Shown one piece after another: positions 25,777-28,622 of a stretch of 28,622 bases of DNA. Where the stretch lies: positions 1 to 28,622 of the forward strand of contig CAZDAV010000002.1 in NCBI GenBank assembly GCA_964503725.1. Direction: 5' to 3'. How positions within the stretch are numbered: position 1 is the first letter of the stretch; each line of letters opens with the position of its first letter. This stretch comes from an uncultured Steroidobacteraceae bacterium (GTDB lineage: Bacteria; Chloroflexota; Limnocylindria; QHBO01). The notes beneath the pieces are model-generated. The model did no database searches. It was not told where the DNA came from and was given only the letters and a program-made list of their open reading frames with translations. The translations under genes and the position numbers were made by a program.

Positions 25777-27309
25777 CTACCTCTCGCTGCGAGCGTCGAG
25801 GCTGGCCACCGTGCCGCTGTCGTTGCGGAGCACGTAGACCGGCCAGCCGGCCACCGTGGCCGTCAACTGGTAGTGCTCGGCGACGAAGGCGCGGAGCGGG
25901 TCGAGCAGGTCGAGGTTGCGGCCATCGGTGAGGACCGGGCGCGCGATCAGGAGCGGCAGGAAGCCGGGGGCACCGGGCGAATCCGACCCCGCGTCAACCA
26001 CGACAGCCGGAGGGTTGGCGGCGAGCTCCTGCGCCATTTCACTGACCATGGCAGCGGTGCTATACCCGGGTGTGGTGAGCGGGTAGAAGTAGATGTAGTC
26101 GGTCGCGGGGGCCCGCCCGGACTCGTCGTACAGGCGCGGTTCCTTGCCCCACACCAGCATCGTGCCGGCGGGGAGATCGCGCAGTCGTGCCGAGACGGCC
26201 TCGACCCGCTCGAAGCGGGAGGAGGCCGAGACCATCTGCATCGTGGTCGACCAGACGCCGGCCTGGACCGATACGACCAGCGCAGCGGCCAGCGGCACTG
26301 CGATGAGAAGGCGCCGCCCGGACCAGCGAACCTCGCGCAGCCACTCGCCGATCCGCTCGAGCCCGAGGCCCGCCAGGATGCCGATCGGGACAGCGAGAGG
26401 AATGGCGTAGTGAGCGTAGAAGCGGCCCTGCATGACGAAGAGCACCACCGAGCCGCCGATCCACAGCAGGGAGACGATCGCCACGCTGCGGCGCGGCTGC
26501 GAGGCAGTGCCGGCCGAAATGGCGCCGATCGCCGCCGGGATGATGAGGTAGGCCATCAGGAGGACGGTTCCAAGCGCCGCTCCCGCCCCGAGCTTCGCGC
26601 CGTAGCCGGCGCTGGCTGCCACGTACGCGGCGGAATAGGTGATGACCGCGTCGACCGCGGCCGGCAGAGCGCCCATGACACCCAGCCACGCGGCGGTGGC
26701 GGCGATCGGCATGACCGCGCCCGCGACGAGGAATGCGGCACGTTGGGGGCGAGACCGTGCGGGCTGAAGGGTGAGCGCCAGGATCATCACGAGCGCGGCC
26801 GCGGGAAGCAGCTGGATCGAGACGAGCAGCGCCATCCCCAGCAGGCCACCCACCGCGCCCAGGCTGGCATAGCCGGAGCGTCGCAGGGCGAGCGCGAGGG
26901 AAGTCGCGACCAGGGCCGTGGCAACCGGCTCGGTCAGCCCGCCGCCGAGCGCAAGCAGGTAGTCACCGGCGAGGAACACGACGCCGAGCGCGCCGAGCGC
27001 ACGTGGCCAGCCGGTTACGCCGAGGCGGCGGAGCACCGACGCCACGGCGACCCCCAGGCCGGCTGTAGCGCCGAGTGACAGGAGCCAGTCCGCGGTCCAT
27101 GGGCCGAGCCAGCCAAGGGCAGCCTGTACAGCGGCTGACATGAGGTAGATGCCCGGTGGCTTGTGGTCCCAGGCGGCGAGATAAGGAGCCGAGCCGTCGA
27201 GGATATGGCCGCCAACCTGGTTGAAGACCGCGGCATCGAGCGACGGCCCGACGACCAGCCCGGGAGCGAGCATTGCGGCTGCGAAGAGAACCAGGATGAG
27301 TCCAAGCAT
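25777..27309 (-). CDS. GT-C transferase (ArnT/PMT_2-like), paralog B
   Basis: 'SLDAAVF...WDHKPPGIY'; collinear with paralog A, with long identical peptides such as 'QGRFYAHYAIPLAVP'. Confidence 0.82.
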   Translation of the reverse strand: MLGLILVLFAAAMLAPGLVVGPSLDAAVFNQVGGHILDGSAPYLAAWDHKPPGIYLMSAAVQAALGWLGPWTADWLLSLGATAGLGVAVASVLRRLGVTGWPRALGALGVVFLAGDYLLALGGGLTEPVATALVATSLALALRRSGYASLGAVGGLLGMALLVSIQLLPAAALVMILALTLQPARSRPQRAAFLVAGAVMPIAATAAWLGVMGALPAAVDAVITYSAAYVAASAGYGAKLGAGAALGTVLLMAYLIIPAAIGAISAGTASQPRRSVAIVSLLWIGGSVVLFVMQGRFYAHYAIPLAVPIGILAGLGLERIGEWLREVRWSGRRLLIAVPLAAALVVSVQAGVWSTTMQMVSASSRFERVEAVSARLRDLPAGTMLVWGKEPRLYDESGRAPATDYIYFYPLTTPGYSTAAMVSEMAQELAANPPAVVVDAGSDSPGAPGFLPLLIARPVLTDGRNLDLLDPLRAFVAEHYQLTATVAGWPVYVLRNDSGTVASLDARSER

Positions 27310-27446
27310 TGGTGCCTGGAATTCTACGCGGCACCCACAGCGCGGTCGTTGGCACTAATGGGTCAAGGAGTTTGGCGCCGCCGCGTCGTCGACGCCCTTC
27401 GGGCAGCGGGTCCTATGCTCGACGGCTCAAGGCACGTACTCCGGTA

Positions 27447-28322
27447 CTACGCCTGAGCGCGGCTCGGGTTCGCCGGGTCAACCCTCGTCGGGCGCCTGGC
27501 GAGGCCGATCAGCAGGAAACCGATCTCGTAGCTGAGCAGGCGGGGGAGCGCCGCGATCATCGCCAGCGACGCGGCCAGCCAGGCGAAGCGGCCGCGCGCC
27601 GCGACCCATGCCAGCCCGATCAGCGCGAGGGCCACCGCCAGGTACAGCAGAACCGCCACCGAGGTCAGGCTCATCTGCCCCGGTCCGGGGCTGGTGGAGT
27701 AGCCCGACAGGTCGAACAGGAAGGCCGGCAGCACGAGCGACGCCGAGATGAGGAGCGCCCAGCCGGCGCGGACCCACTCGCCTCGCCCGGCGTAGACCAG
27801 CGCCAGCAGCAGCGGGACCGCCTTGAGCGACGCGCCGACCGCGATCCAGATCGGCCCGGACCGCCGCTCGACGCCCCACATCAGCATCAGAACGAGGGCC
27901 GGCTGCACGTTACCGAAGACGGCGCCCTGCAGCTGGAGCGGCGCGAAGACGGAGAAGGCCGCCCAACCGGCTGGACCGCGGCGCAGCAGCGGGGCAGTCG
28001 ACAGCAGCGCTGCCGCGACCATCAGGCCCACCCAGCCGGCGGTCACGGCGTCCCGCGGCAGCAGGCTGAGTGGCGCCCAGGCGTAGGCGAACCAGGGGGC
28101 ATATCGGTACAGCTCGGTGTCGTTGGCCGCGCCACCGGCATACAGCGGCAGGCCGGCGCGCAGGCGATCGGCCGCACCAAGGTATGCCGCCACGTCGGCG
28201 CCGAGGCCACGACTCAGCGCGTAGGTGCCGAGCGCGTATGCGACCAGGGCGAAGAGCACCGCCGCCATCCCGAACGCGATCCACGACAGCGGTGTCCGTG
28301 GAACCCAGGGCGATCGGCGCAT
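27447..28322 (-). CDS. GT87 GT-C glycosyltransferase
   Basis: Motifs 'ADVAAYLGAADRL', 'YRYAPWFA', 'GNVQP', 'ERRSGPIWIA' and 'SLKAVP'. Start 28322 preferred because ATG 28358 collides with the divergent gene's start. Confidence 0.87.
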   Translation of the reverse strand: MRRSPWVPRTPLSWIAFGMAAVLFALVAYALGTYALSRGLGADVAAYLGAADRLRAGLPLYAGGAANDTELYRYAPWFAYAWAPLSLLPRDAVTAGWVGLMVAAALLSTAPLLRRGPAGWAAFSVFAPLQLQGAVFGNVQPALVLMLMWGVERRSGPIWIAVGASLKAVPLLLALVYAGRGEWVRAGWALLISASLVLPAFLFDLSGYSTSPGPGQMSLTSVAVLLYLAVALALIGLAWVAARGRFAWLAASLAMIAALPRLLSYEIGFLLIGLARRPTRVDPANPSRAQA

Positions 28323-28332
28323 ACCGCGGCAG

Positions 28333-28350
28333 ACGATACTCTGCGAGGTG
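28333..28350. promoter_or_regulatory. Overlapping divergent -10 hexamers plus SD
   Basis: TATCGT (minus, 28338-33) and TACTCT (plus, 28337-42) share a TA; GAGGTG (28345-50) lies 6 nt before ATG 28357. Confidence 0.45.
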
Positions 28351-28356
28351 CCGAAC

Positions 28357-28622
28357 ATGACCGCTGCCTCCGCTCCCCGGACCTCGCGTCATGGCCGATG
28401 GGCCGAGCGCCTGGCGATCGGGCTCCTCTTCGCTTTCGCCCTGGCGAGCCTGTGGATCCAGGCGCGGAGCTGACGCTTCGAGGACGTGGGGGCCTACTGG
28501 GAGGCGGCGTTTCGGCTCCGCGACGGACTGCCGTTATACGGCGGCCCATCCGATCCGGACAGCTACCGCCGCCTGGCTCGCGTGGCGCCAATCGCCATTT
28601 GTGTGGGTCGCTACCTCGGTCG
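28357..28622 (+). pseudogene. Disrupted GT87 gene, running off the window end
   Basis: In-frame TGA at 28471-73, after which the same frame continues 'RFEDVGAYWEAAFRLRDGLPLY' (the GT87 motif) and then appears to jump to a much later segment. Confidence 0.75.

Noticed and set aside
25750-27348. GCGCGGTCG upstream of both GT-C paralogs
   Set aside because: Different spacing to the -10-like boxes (18 versus 14 nt); likely chance or a duplication relic.
28471-28473. TGA as selenocysteine or code-4 Trp
   Set aside because: Other genes in the window end with TGA, and no catalytic Cys is expected at this GT87 position.
1-28622. CRISPR arrays, tRNA/rRNA genes, IS elements, integrases, defence genes
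   Set aside because: No spaced repeat array, cloverleaf or relevant protein motifs were seen.

Overview
High-GC bacterial chromosomal segment, almost entirely cell-envelope and glycan biosynthesis. No mobile element, tRNA, rRNA or CRISPR array was seen. The gene style (leaderless starts, Ser/Pro-rich exported proteins, many GT-C paralogs) suggests a Chloroflexota-like organism, but this is inference only. Left arm: partial MFS transporter, Ser/Ala/Pro-rich membrane protein, lipoprotein, a ~177-nt structured RNA with 6S-like architecture, YtxH-like gene, pcm, GT4, metallophosphoesterase and an LtaS/sulfatase-like membrane enzyme. Middle: a more AT-rich glycan block (GT4, tandem double methyltransferase, Wzx flippase, GT2, FkbM, GT2), then a DegT aminotransferase, a PglC-PglF fusion and an O-antigen-ligase-family protein with a long C-terminal extension. 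Right arm: two divergent Aur1/IPC-synthase-like PAP2 proteins, two tandem 'WDHKPPG' GT-C transferases and three GT87 genes, the last of which is broken. The best leads are the IPC-synthase-like plus GT-C cluster (possible unusual glycolipid pathway), the PglC/F/E plus ligase module, and the candidate 6S RNA. Several starts were re-called from promoter/RBS evidence and differ from the ORF track.
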